A stretch of DNA of 64,000 nucleotides. It comes from Utricularia gibba. Taxonomy: Eukaryota > Plantae > Magnoliophyta. Made by a program: the position numbers and the translations under genes. Below, piece by piece: positions 28,388-45,463 of this stretch. Position 1 is the first letter of the stretch, and each line of letters starts with the position of its first letter. The stretch lies in NCBI GenBank assembly GCA_002189035.1, contig NEEC01000004.1, positions 620,001 to 684,000 of the forward strand, given 5' to 3'. The notes under the pieces were generated by a model. That model was not told where the DNA came from. It made no database searches and saw nothing but the letters and a program-made list of their open reading frames with translations.

Positions 28388-29853
28388 TTTGCAGCTTCAA
28401 CCTGATAAAAATCAGGGACTCTCACAGCAGCTAAAATGTGCGAATCCCAACTCCGATCCAACAAAAAAAGGCGTACCCGATTAACCCGCGGGCTGATCCG
28501 ACAAATCCTGTTGCTATATCGACATAATACACAAAATCAACGAAATCACGATGACAGCAACTGATATCGAATGGGGAATGTAACTTGCCAAACACGCTGA
28601 GAAGCTTCCGCGTTGGATTTGCAGTAATAATTCAACTAGTGAACTCCGATCTCTTTGCTGGCACGAGCAAATCAATTCATTTGCAATGCGTTTGACTTCC
28701 GGAATGCAACAAGAATGACCAAACGAACACAAGCAGCCGGATTTGGGCTGAACGAATCATACTCATACCCGATTGGGCCACCAGTAGATGCGGGTTCGGG
28801 CCACCCGCCGCGGCCCATCACAAATAAACGGCGGTTGCCAGCTGTATTGTTAAAAGTACTGCCTTGAGGATCGAAAATGAAATTAATTAATTCTCGTATT
28901 TAGGCTGAAACTGGGAAAGGGTATTAAAGTAAATTCCTCGGGTCCTATTTCCACCCGCACTTTTCCATACTTTGACCGAAAGTGACGTGGAAGAGAAGGA
29001 TTCAGCCGCCACCATCCAACGGCCAATATTTCACGATCCTCAATGATCATGGGTTCAAGATCAACACGGTGTTTTTTTGGAACCGACCTCACTTTCGGAC
29101 CGGTTCAGGCCGGTCTACACTGCCTAGAACCCAAACCAATCTGAAAAATTAACTTATTTACATGAATTTCGTTGAAGTTATGGTACAATTAATTCAATTA
29201 AAAAAGTGAAAAAAACGAGTTTTTGATTTTTTAGGAATAATTAATTCCTAAATAAATAAATAAAGGGGGAAAAAAAAGAAAAAGACAACTTGCGATTGGT
29301 TTTTGATCCATTTTAAATGGGTTTATTCTGAGGGGTCGTCTCAAAAGACTGGGATCCAGCATCGAAATCTTGCTCGCTGCACGGAAGTTAATGAATCTTC
29401 TGAACTCTGATGCCCTGAAGGAGTACTGCTGTTACTTATGTCGTCGCAGTGGCTGAGAGGAGGAACCTACCCACACTCGAATCTTGAATTTGCTGCTTTT
29501 CCAAAATAAAGTCTTGAATCTACATCATCCAGCCGTGGTTCTTGAGACTGAAATCGTGTTTGGAGGTTGGGAAGTTTCTGGGTGCTCTGGGAGACGGAAT
29601 TTGAAGAGATTCACTTTTGTGTTGCTTCAAACCAGTTATTAGGTAGCTGCCCTCTTTGCTCTGTTGGATTTCGTAGTTATTGATTGATTAGGGGATCTGG
29701 GTTTGGTTTGAATGATTGATATCTTACATGGGTTTGTTGTTGTTTTGGAGGGTTATTAATATTTAGATTAAGTTTGATGATGACCTAGTTTTGCTTTTCT
29801 GGGCTCCACTTATCTCATTCGTTCTCGGGTTTCTTTCGAGTTTCTCAGCGCAA

Positions 29854-32800
29854 ATGCAGACGAGGTACATGGAGAGAACGAATTCTATGAATGGGAGAGG
29901 CAAAAGGAGTTTGGAAGATGGTGCTAGTGAAGAGCCGGAGCGGGAGAAAAAGCGACCTGCTCTGGCCAGGTATCTTACTTAACAAAATTATGTTCTTACA
30001 TGTGGTGTAGTATGAATATTGCAGTATCCGCATGACATTAGCGTGAGACAATCTGCGTTTTGCAAAGGAATTACTGTCTAGCATACTTTGGAGAAAGTGT
30101 TGGTGAATTTGAACTGGTTGAAAGTCAAGCAACAGCAATGATTTTCCCTTTTGACTAGTTTTCTGGATTTGCAGTGTTATTGTGGAAGCTCTTAAGGTGG
30201 ACAGCCTCCAGAGGCTTTTTTCATCAATAGAGCCAATTCTCCGGAGAGTGGTAACAATCGATGACACATGATGATATTTATGTACCTTGCTTTTGCAGTG
30301 CACCAGCAAGAATTAGGAATTCCAACATCTTTATCACTTTCTTAAAAAAATCCATCTGACCTTGCATACATAACTATCCCCTTTATTACCTTGTGAAGGA
30401 AAAAAGTGATCTTTGTTCTCATGAAGTACCATTTTATACTTATCATTTGGCCGCCTTTTGTGGCACCTGTTGTCTCCCAAGCAAACGTATGCACTCTTGA
30501 AGCTATTGCATCTCATTAACTAGTTCCTATTTTAATAGGTCAGTGAAGAGATTGAGCGTGCTTTGTCTAAGCTGGGCCCTGCCCAAATCTCTGGGAGTGG
30601 GAGGTTAGAGAATGCGTTTGGCTTTGGCATGATGTTATTGATTTCCTGTTTTTGAAATATTGTCACAAGCTGGTTCAAAGCTTGAACTCTCATCTGAGAT
30701 GGTCTATTGCAATTTTTTAAAAGTTTGATGCCATACATTTCTGACTTCAAAAATTCAGGTCTTCACCCAAACGCATTGAAGGGCCTGATGGAAGAAACCT
30801 GCAGCTTTGTTTCAACACAAGGCTCTCACTTCCGTTGTTTACTGGAGGCAAAGTTTCAGGCGAGCAGGGTGCTGCTATTCATGTTGTGTTAAGGGATGCA
30901 AATACAGGCCGTGTTGTAACGTCAGGGCCTGAATCTTCTCTTAAGTTGGATGTTGTTGTCCTGGAAGGTGATTTCAACAATGAAGATGCAGAAGGGTGGA
31001 CTGAGGAAGAGTTTGAGAACCAAATTGTTAAAGAGCGTGATGGGAAACGACCTCTTCTGACTGGTGAGTTACAAGTTACCCTACGGGAAGGTGTTGGAAC
31101 ACTTGGTGACATGTCATTTACGGATAATTCAAGCTGGATAAGGAGCAGGAAGTTTAGACTAGGTCTGAGAGCTGCACCAGGGTATTGTGAAGGCATACGC
31201 ATCCGGGAAGCCAGGACTGAGGCTTTTACCGTCAAAGACCACCGTGGAGAGTGTATGCAATATCCCTAGTTTTTTTTAACAGCCTACATGATATACTTAG
31301 TCCATGTATGCTTGCTTTTGGACCATAATTTTTTAGTTTATTTATCTCATCAAGCGCATTTCATTTTACAGTGTATAAAAAACATTATCCACCTGCTCTA
31401 AATGATGAGGTGTGGAGACTAGAGAAAATTGGGAAGGATGGATCATTCCACAAGAAACTGAGTACAGCTGGGATAAATACTGTAGAGGAGTTCCTTCGTC
31501 TGGCCGTCAGAGATTCTCAGAAGCTGAGAAATGTAAGTTGATGGAGCTTTTTCTTTTCATTATGTTTTATCATGATCTCACTTCGCATTCTTATGTTGAC
31601 AGATTTTAGGAAGTGGAATGTCAAATAAGATGTGGGATTCCCTCATGCAACATGCCCACACTTGTGTGTTGAGTGGGAAGCATTATGTGTATTATCAAGA
31701 TGATACCAGAGTCACTGGTGTCGTCTTTGATAATATATGTTCTCTGACAGGTCTCATTGCTAATGAGAAGTATTATCCTGCAGATTCTCTTTCTGATGAC
31801 CAGAAGGTAAGCCAATTTATGGTTCGAGTCTTTCGAGCTTGAATTATATTACTGTTTATTGGGCTTGGAGTGAAATTCGGTGGTAGAATGAATTTAAAAA
31901 ATGTTGGGACGTTAAAAGAACTAGTGCTTAACTCAGCTTTACTTCCCTTTGAAGCTCTGTTGCTTGTTTATTTTTGCCGTACAATGCCGTGCTTCTAACA
32001 TTGTTAAGTCCTGACAACATGTTTTTAGTAATTTGATGTTTATTAAAAAAAATCAGTGGCAACAATTCTATGTTATCCTTGATATTATCAGGAATATGTA
32101 TATTCCTTGGTGAACAAGGCATATGCTAACTGGGGTCAAGTGGTGGAATATGATGGCAAGGCGTTGCTGAATTTCGAGCAAAATAAGAGGTCGAACATTG
32201 GGAGAGTTGACCCCTCATCAGGTCCAATCAACTACTCTCGTTCTTTGGATAATAACCCTCAGTTGCCTAGAATCTCAATTTCAGCTCCCTCTGAGCCTCC
32301 TGTGATGGAAGATTGCATTCTAGCTGGAGGTGAACATAAAATTGTATTTAGTTTTAAATGAGTTTTTGGAATATCTTATGCTCAAGCCCTGTCAGATAAT
32401 GGACTGAGTTTCCTTGTCTTCTAATCCAGGTTCAAGCGGTTTTTCCCAGTCTCAGGGTATAATGCCTAATCCACGCCCGCATTTCGAATTTTCAGCTTAC
32501 ACAGAATCTGTCGAGCCGGTCTATCACCCTAATGAAATAAACAACGAAGGAGTTGACCTTGCCCTTTGCCCTCCTCATTTGTCTGTATCCTCATTTCAAG
32601 TGACCAACCCATCTCTTCAGCATAATAAAACTAATCCATTTGATGACTGGCCTGTGAATCAGAGTAGGGGCATAGATGAACTACTTACGGAGGATGAAAT
32701 TCGCATGAGAGCAAATGAATTTCTTCAGAATGAATATATGCCGGATTTGTTTCACGTTTGGAACATGGAAGGCCATCCCTCAGCTGGCATTTCTGAGGAT

Positions 32801-32986
32801 GATTATGGATCTACTTCTTACATCCCTTATTCCAACCCTGGCTTTAGTTATAACAAGGATGCAACGCGTTCTGGAAAGGCTGTTGCTGGTTGGCTTAAGA
32901 TCAAAGCTGCCTTGCGGTGGGGCATCTTTATGAGGCGGAAATCAGCTGAGAGAAGAGCTCAGATTGAGGAGTTAGAGGAAGAATAG
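29854..32986 (+). CDS. CBP60: Calmodulin-binding protein 60 (CBP60b/c/d type); 8 exons
   Basis: [12 protein letters not shown]...[66 protein letters not shown] and the C-terminal CaM-binding [18 protein letters not shown]. Confidence 0.95.
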
Positions 32987-33595
32987 TGCATCACCGGAAA
33001 AAAAACAGGATCAGCATATTTAATTTGCTTATGTCTAATGCACTTCTTCTGATCAGGTAAGCTCGTGGATTCTTGATCTCTCGTCTCAGTAAGCCATGAT
33101 TGATTTGAATATTTGGATTCTGTATGTGTTCTCTGTTATCAACGTACATGTATAGTGTACCCAGTTTCCAATAAGATGCTTGGATGTGCTTGTTTATGTC
33201 TTGTGATATATGCGTGTACGCTGCGAATATTTTTCCTCTGTATGAGACTTTTACTACGTGGTACTGTTTCACTGTTAGTAAATCGTTTACTGTTTCTCTG
33301 TATGGAAGGTCGTGCTATAATCTGTTGCTAAACGGTATACACTTTTATTGTTAGAATACGACTTGGCCTTCGAAAATTAGTAGTGAAGATAAAAAAAAAA
33401 CTGTTACAAAAGCAAGATAGCAACTTGCAAGCCTCTCTTATGACAGCAAGGAGGCACATATTTGTTTGATAGCACAAACTATAAAGAAGGTTTGGGTGGA
33501 AACAATGCTGAGAGAGCCCTCTCCTCATTTCGAGCCTCGTTCTTCTCAAAGGCAGGATCTTTTCCCCCTCTTCTTCTAGCACATGCTTCTAGTGT

Positions 33596-36500
33596 CTAGA
33601 CAGTGTAGTTCTGTTGGATGGTTTCTATGTCAAGTCCTTTGAGCTTTACGACCGATTCGACGTGCCCCTTGAGTGTATGAAGCTCACGAAGCCTGCAGAA
33701 GCAAACAATGCTTTGATGAATCATCATCCAATGGAGTGCAAGTTGAAGAAATCAAGTTAGGTACCTTGCGATCTCAGCTCTTCTCTTCGCCTGTTCTGCG
33801 ATTTCAGAGAGTTCTCTGTAGCTGTTCTTTTCATTCAGGATGGTGTTGGGTTCGGGTGTTTGGAGGCCATGTAGAGTTCTTTGTGCCAGTGCCCATTGCG
33901 CTTCCCTATCCTCTTTGCCATAGTCTTTCTTGGTTGTAAAAGCAGTCTGTTGCAGAGTGCAAGAATCAAGTGATGTTCAGGAGTGTTGCTACAAGAAGCC
34001 ATCACTCTAAGAAATGGAAGCATACCTTGTTCTCATATAAGTTGGACCAAGCCTTTCCACTGAGTATGTACCTAATAGCAAACTTGAGGAAATCAAGTGG
34101 CACATAGAAGACAACACTGTAGATCCATATGACACCAGCCCATCCCCATCCGCATCCACTGATTCTTGCAAATCCCCAGTTGGCATACACAGCAATGAGT
34201 GTTGCAACCTATAAACAGCACCCATGAATCAGATAATAGGGCATAAGAAGTACAAGTTTGTCCATAGCAGAGAGGAGTAGAGGAGAGTCACTGCTTACCA
34301 GTTGTGCGAGGACAAATGCAGACAACAGTAGTAAGCCAGGGCGTTCCACGTATGACCAGCCACGGGACCTTGTGACGAAGATGAGGGCTTGGCTGACAAT
34401 GCTGACTTGTAAGTACAAGGCAGCCATCATTTCCTCCTCACTGTTTTGAATGTCTCTCACTCCGAACCTGGACTGTTGTACATACAAATCATGTGAAAAA
34501 AGAAACACATATGGAAAACAGTTTAGATGATCGACTAGAGGGCTCTTACAGGGAAGAAGTCAGTTTTGTGAATCAACCAAAAGAATAGAACCGTCATCAG
34601 AGCAAGATAGCCTCCAAGAACTACGCCAGTTGCAAAGATTTCCTTCAGTTTCCAGCTATCAGGGAGAGGAGATGGCTTCACTCTGTCCTTGGAGATGGTC
34701 ATGATGGTACCTGAGATCTCAACATGTTTAGTCTATGTCATGACACAAAGGAAGACAAGGAGAAGGCGGGTTTGTTACCATCATTGAGAATGGCGATGAT
34801 CAAGACCATGAAGGGCGAAAAATCGAATTTCCAGATGAGAGCAATGAGCATGAAACCAAACTGAAATGGTAATCAATGTCAAGGAAGCAAGATAAAGAGG
34901 GCTTGTTAGTTTACACAATTTGGAATGTAGTTTGACGTACCACAATACGAATAGTGATTGATACTGCATATATCTGCATAAGGATAACTCCAGTCAATCA
35001 GAAACATGATCAAGGAAAATAGTGACTTCAAAACAAAGTTAGTTTAGAGCAACTGACTGTGTAGTTTTTCATTCTTTGGAAGATTGCTCTGCTGGTCAAA
35101 ACTGCGCTGATGATAACACTGAGACCTGGTTCTGTGAGCACAATGTCTGAAGCACTTCTCGCAGCATCTGTAGCATCAGCAACAGCGATACCGATATCAG
35201 CCTTCTTTAGAGCCGGGGCATCATTGACACCATCTCCGGTCATCCCCACAATGTGCTTGCTCTCTTGTAACTTCTTCACAATTTCATACTTGTGCTCTAG
35301 TTTAAGAAACAAAAAAAAAAAAATTAGTTTGGTGAATGATCTTTTAGAATGGTAGAAAAAGAAGAGATATTCACCAGGAAAGACCCCAGCAAAACCATCT
35401 GCCTTTTCAATCAGCTCCTCAACAGGAAGGCCAGCTATAGATTCATCTTTATGTTGTCCAAGTAAAGATGCTGAGGGGTACATGTTGGCTCCCATCCCGA
35501 GCCTTCTTCCAGTCTCCTTAGCAATGGCAAGTTGATCACCAGTGATCATCTTAACGTTAACACCTAGATTAAGAGCCCTGCGGATTGTCTCAGCGCTGTC
35601 GTGTCTTGGAGGATCAAACAAAGATAACAGTCCTACAAATTGCCATGGACCACCAGGGGATTCCTTTGTTCTCTCTGGTACTTCCTGAAAAAAAAAAAAA
35701 AAGAAAAAGTTAGCCACTCATAATCAAGAGGTAAGGTGAGTTGCTGCATTTGAAACCTGTCTAGCAACTGCAAGTGACCTCAGACCACGCTCTGCAAATT
35801 TGTCAATAACCGAATGAACTTTGTTTTTAAGATCCCCCTTGGCATTGCAGAGAGTGAGGATCTAATAAGAAAAGAGCAAGTTCAGAAATATGCACCATGT
35901 GGATAACTCAAGTGAATAAAGCACCTGCTCAGGAGCGCCTTTGCTGGCTCTATGCCATTTTCCATCTGAATCAACGTAAGTAAGTGCAGTCCGCTTATCC
36001 ACTGGATTGAATGGGAAGAAATGCACCTCAGTTATACCGGCTCTAGCCTATGAAACCAATGAAACGCATCAGCAAACACAGGATACTAGAACAACATGAA
36101 CATATAGAAGAATAAAGAAGAAGCAAACCTCTTTGGGATCAGCAAGAGTTCCGACAATCGCAGCATCGATGGCATCTTGATTCTCAGTTCTTGATGCTCT
36201 TGCTGCATACAATAGGACATGATCAGGATCCACTCCCTTAGCAAAGACTTCTATCAAAGCCTTATCAACTGTAAGCTTGTTGAGAGTCAGAGTTCCTGTC
36301 TTATCACTGCACAATACATCCATTCCTGCCATTTCTTCGATAGCAGTCATTCTCTTGGTAATAGCACCTTGCTGTGAAAGCTTGTGAGAACCAATAGCCA
36401 TGGTAACAGACAACACTGTAGGCATGGCAATTGGAATCCCACCAATCAAGAGCACGAGGAGATTATCAATTCCTTGTCTGTAAGGCCTGCGCTGAATAGG

Positions 36501-37996
36501 GTACATCACAATGATCTCAATCAACATTCCAACTGCAATGGAGCAAATGCAGAAGTTTCCAATGGCCGTTAGAACTTTCTGGAAGTGACCAACTTGATGT
36601 GTACTGTCAACAAGATGGGCTGCCTTCCCAAAGAAGGTGTGTACACCTGTAGCTATAACTATTGCCTCGATTTCACCCTGTTTGCACGTGGACCCTGAAA
36701 ACACTTCATCCCCCGGTTCCTTTGTAACTGGAAGAGATTCTCCCGTGAGAGCAGATTGATCAACCTTCAAAGGATCACCTTCCAAAAGACGAGCATCAGC
36801 AGGAATGATGTCTCCCAGCTTGATGCTTATGATATCCCCCGGAACTAAAATGGCTGCTTCTTGTTCACTCCATCTCCCATCTCTAAGCACCTATAAAAAA
36901 ATTAGCAAAACATCATCACCCATACTACACCTTGCAGTGAAAATCATAGAAACATGTAAGTAGCAAATACTTTTGTCTTGGGAGCAAGACCAGCCATTAG
37001 AGCAGCAGCAGCATTCCCAGCATTATTCTCTTCAATGAAACTAATAGTAGAGTTGATAACCAACAAACAAACAATCCCCAGAAAGTCCTGCCAATCGGGG
37101 GTTTTCCTCCTCCGTTCGCAAGCGCAATGGCCATGATAGCAGCAGCTTCCATGACCCATGACAGCGGATTCCACATGAACCCCAGGAACTTGAGAATCTT
37201 GCTTTCCTATTTCAACAACCACAAGAAAAACCCATCGAGTCAATACATCGAACTCCAAAACCCCACGTCTTAAAGAAACAAAAACCTTCTTCTCTTCCAA
37301 CTTGTTCGGACCAAATATCTGTAGCCTGTTCTCGCCCTCGGTGCTCGTCAACCCTTCTTTGCTGCATTTCAGCTGCTCAAACACCTCCGCAATCGGAATC
37401 TTCTCCTGTTGATCATCAAGAAAGTAAGGAGTTGACAAAAAATAATTACAATTTTACACAAGCAACTGTCAATATTAATAAATGGCATAATCACTTCGAT
37501 CGCAACGTTACTCCAAACTTAACAACCCTACGCTTTAGTCAACGGCCTTTAAAGTCTGGTCTCCCCTCGCAGTCACAAACTAACCTTGGAAAACTAAGCA
37601 TCATAAATGAAACCAGAAACTGAAACCTTAACCCCAACCCGATTCCAGTTCCTCTTCCCAGTTTCAATCTTCAGACTGAAGATCAACCTCCCCACCTCTT
37701 CCCCACAACAAAAAGCAAACAAAATGATAGCCATGATCGCTCTAAAAGAAGGAAGACCTTTCAAGGATCCAAAAAGAAGAATCCAGGTGACCATGAAATG
37801 TACGATACAGGATAATCAGACCATGCTAAAAAAAAAAAACTTAAACTAATAAGGATTGATATTGGACATCCGCAGTCGGTTTTGAGACGCAAAGGAGAAG
37901 AAGAGGGAAAAGAAAGAACTGGTTGGGGTGGGTTCAGAGAGATTCCGGGCATACCAGATCCACAGTCTCATTCTTGATGTGGTCGAGGTTCGCCAT
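33596..37996 (-). CDS. AHA: Plasma-membrane H+-ATPase (P3A, AHA1/AHA2-like subfamily); one apparent -1 frameshift
   Basis: [14 protein letters not shown] start, [21 protein letters not shown] phosphorylation site, [17 protein letters not shown] and the C-terminal [15 protein letters not shown] 14-3-3 motif. The G5 run at 37097-37101 needs six bases for KPPDWQDF. Confidence 0.96.
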
Positions 37997-38050
37997 TTCT
38001 CTTGCTTCAGCGGAGAGTAGAAAGCGAAGAAGAAGCACAAGGATCCAAAA

Positions 38051-38062
38051 CTAGAGCAGCAT
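38051..38062 (-). promoter_or_regulatory. Three-codon uORF (MLL*) in the H+-ATPase leader
   Basis: The minus strand reads ATG CTG CTC TAG, 54 nt upstream of the main ATG and downstream of a TATAAAT box at 38108-38102. Confidence 0.7.
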
Positions 38063-38101
38063 ATTAGGAGGGCTCCCTTTCCGTGAAGCAGCAGCAGTCA
38101 G

Positions 38102-38108
38102 ATTTATA
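38102..38108 (-). promoter_or_regulatory. TATA box of the H+-ATPase gene
   Basis: CTATAAATC on the minus strand, about 110 nt upstream of the ATG. Confidence 0.6.
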
Positions 38109-39615
38109 GTCGCTAGGGGATACGTACATGTAAATGGAATCCATCCTCGTTCTCGCCTGCACGAGATGCGCTGCGGGGATGAAATCAAAATACACACTAA
38201 GTTTGACTAAGTTTTTTAAATGCACAATAATGTGTGAAGCCTGACGCCAGCATCGTTGAAAATGTCTCTTCGGATAAACTCAGGGAGAGCTCCTCAGGTC
38301 AAAACGGCGCAGGCTCGTATTTCCATGAAGCTGTTAGATTCCGGTCTGACCCTGCGCCGCATTCCTCTCTTTCTTTTCGTAGGCATGAATAGTATGGCAT
38401 AATTACGGAGTCTCATCTCACCTTACCTAGACGTGTCCTTATGCAGCGTGTCCCCGGTTCCGACGCGGGAGCACAGCAAGCACTCCCCCACCTTCCTCCA
38501 ACCATCTGTTGAAAAAAATGCACTTCAACAGTTTTTTTTTTAATTTTTCATTTATGAAAAAATATATTAAATCGAAGTTAATATCGTATTGTGGTTGAAT
38601 TTTAATTAAATCGCAATTTATTTTTTATTTAAAATAATTAGACAAAGAAAAGTAAAAAGGCGTAGGTCGGTTAAATTTGTCACGGGTGTCCCGGTTCACA
38701 CACGAGGAAAACGTGACCATCTTTTCATTGGCGCGAAGAGCAGCGGCTCCGGTTCAACCGGGAGGAGGTAGTTTCACACTGTGCACGAGGTGCACCGATC
38801 CAAAATATACCTCCGGTACAAAAATATTTTAAATATTTTTTCGGAAGAGGAAAGGTCAAATACTCTGTCTCTCTCCCTCTGCTCTTCTAAGACGTGGAGG
38901 TACACGTCAGAGAGGCTTTTGCTGGCGTCGGGATATTTCCGTTTCGTTCAATGAACTCAACAGAATTGCAATAATTCCAATTAAAATAATTACATTCCAT
39001 TTATTACAAGCTCGTTAGCCTACGGCCATTAGACCCAATTTCTTTTTGGCCAATAATATCAACCTATTTCCTCAACTTCCATTATTTTTTTCCAATTTTT
39101 AAGTTTTTTAATTTAATCCCAAAATATCTTATTTTATTTTATTTGTTTTTAAACAGGAATTAGTACAATTGGTAGCCTTCTTTATTGCATTTCTTACCTC
39201 ATCAATCATTGAATTGTTTAGTGGAAAAAAAGCCTTATTTAACTTAATCCAGAAAGACGAGGAATGGAAACCTGGAGCATCAGTCAAATGGGAGTATTTA
39301 CTTGACATCCGGAAGGCAGAGGAGAATTACAGAAGATTAGAATGAGGATCTAAGAAATAGTGCAGCATTTGGTTATTGAACAAAGAGAACAGAAGCTACA
39401 TGAACATTTCATTCAATTGGATTCTAACTAATGCATGTCTGTATCTACGTATGCTGTTGAAATCGGCAGAAACACAAACAGCTTCTGTGTTGTGAGTAGG
39501 AGGATTGGTGGAGAGTTCATGTCAGGAAACCCCAACTCAGAGCAAAGAAAGAGGAACCAGTTTGCGGCTTGGCTCCTCTGCCTCTGCTGCTGCCATTTCA
39601 AAACTGGTTGATCCA

Positions 39616-41773
<2,158 letters not shown>

Positions 41774-42460
41774 TTACCGATTGACCGCTCAACCGTCGGC
41801 CAAAACCCACACAAGAATCCAAACAACCCAAGTAGAAATTACCGATTAATGATCCTAAGCAAAGTGCCTCTATGGCTTACGGCACGAGGAATCGTGGTTG
41901 AAAATGAGTGGATGAGACGATGGATCTATCTCGGGCGCGTTTTAGCAGAAAATCCAGACATGGAACCGGCTTTCACCAACAAAACAGAATCACAAAAATC
42001 TTCGCCGTGGAGTAATTCTACTTTCCCGGGAGTTGTTTTTACCGCGGTAAAATTGTTTTTACCTCAATTCCGAGATACATTAAAAATTACTTTACTGCAG
42101 AAAAATAACTTGCATGTACAAGATGAATGGTGGACAAATTTGCAACGCAGTTTAAATAGAAGAATTTACATTACCCATCCCTGATCCAGCAACAAAAAGG
42201 GCTCTAAGAACTAGTGCTGCATTAGTCGTTGAACATGGCAAAAAAGAGCAGAGCTGCAGAAGCATTCCATTGCATCCCAACTTCATCTGTTTCTATGTAT
42301 GAATGCTGTAGGAATCTGCATTCGCCGCACAACACAGAAGCACAACACAGAGCTTCTGTGTTGTGATGGAGCTGAGATCATTTGTAGAAAACAAAGCAGG
42401 GCAAATGAAGAAAAGAATCCTTGTTTTGATGCTTGCTGCCATCTCAGAGCTCTGTTGCTG

Positions 42461-44812
<2,352 letters not shown>

Positions 44813-45463
44813 TCACGGTATGCGGAACTGGGGGTTGAAAATGAGTGGGTGACGACGGATCAGGAAAAGGGTGACAAAGTCCGGACAGCAAAAACCACTT
44901 TTTCGCGAACAAATCTATCAACAAGTTAGTATGTAAATAGAAAGAAACATAAAAAAATTTGAAAGTATAATTCCTCTTTCTCAAGAATATCTTCTCATCC
45001 AACACATTATTTTGCATTATTATAATGTTTTCATTTTCCAAAAATATGGAGCACCAATAAATGCGACAGCAACAACTATTAAGAGAGCACCATGATTCTA
45101 CAATTGTGCACAGTATACACCTCAGAAACCAGATGAACGACAAGCACTCTGCAAAAATGACAGCCCCAGGGAGAAAATAAAAGGAGAAGCAACTCAAAGG
45201 ATCGTTCGCAGGGGTCACAAAAAACTCACCAATAAAAAGAAAAAAGAATCAGCATTTCTGGGAGTAGAAGAAGCTGCTAAAAATGCACTCATACTCTCAC
45301 CCCACAACACACTTGAGAAATCTCTTTTTTTTTGTTTTTGTTTTCTGGGCGTATGGCGAAGACTGCACTGGTTGGATATGCACAAGGAAGAGCTCAGAGC
45401 ACGCGGATCCTCTGCTGTGAACCTGTATGGAACAAGGAAGTAGATTTGAAGTCTGGCATGAAC

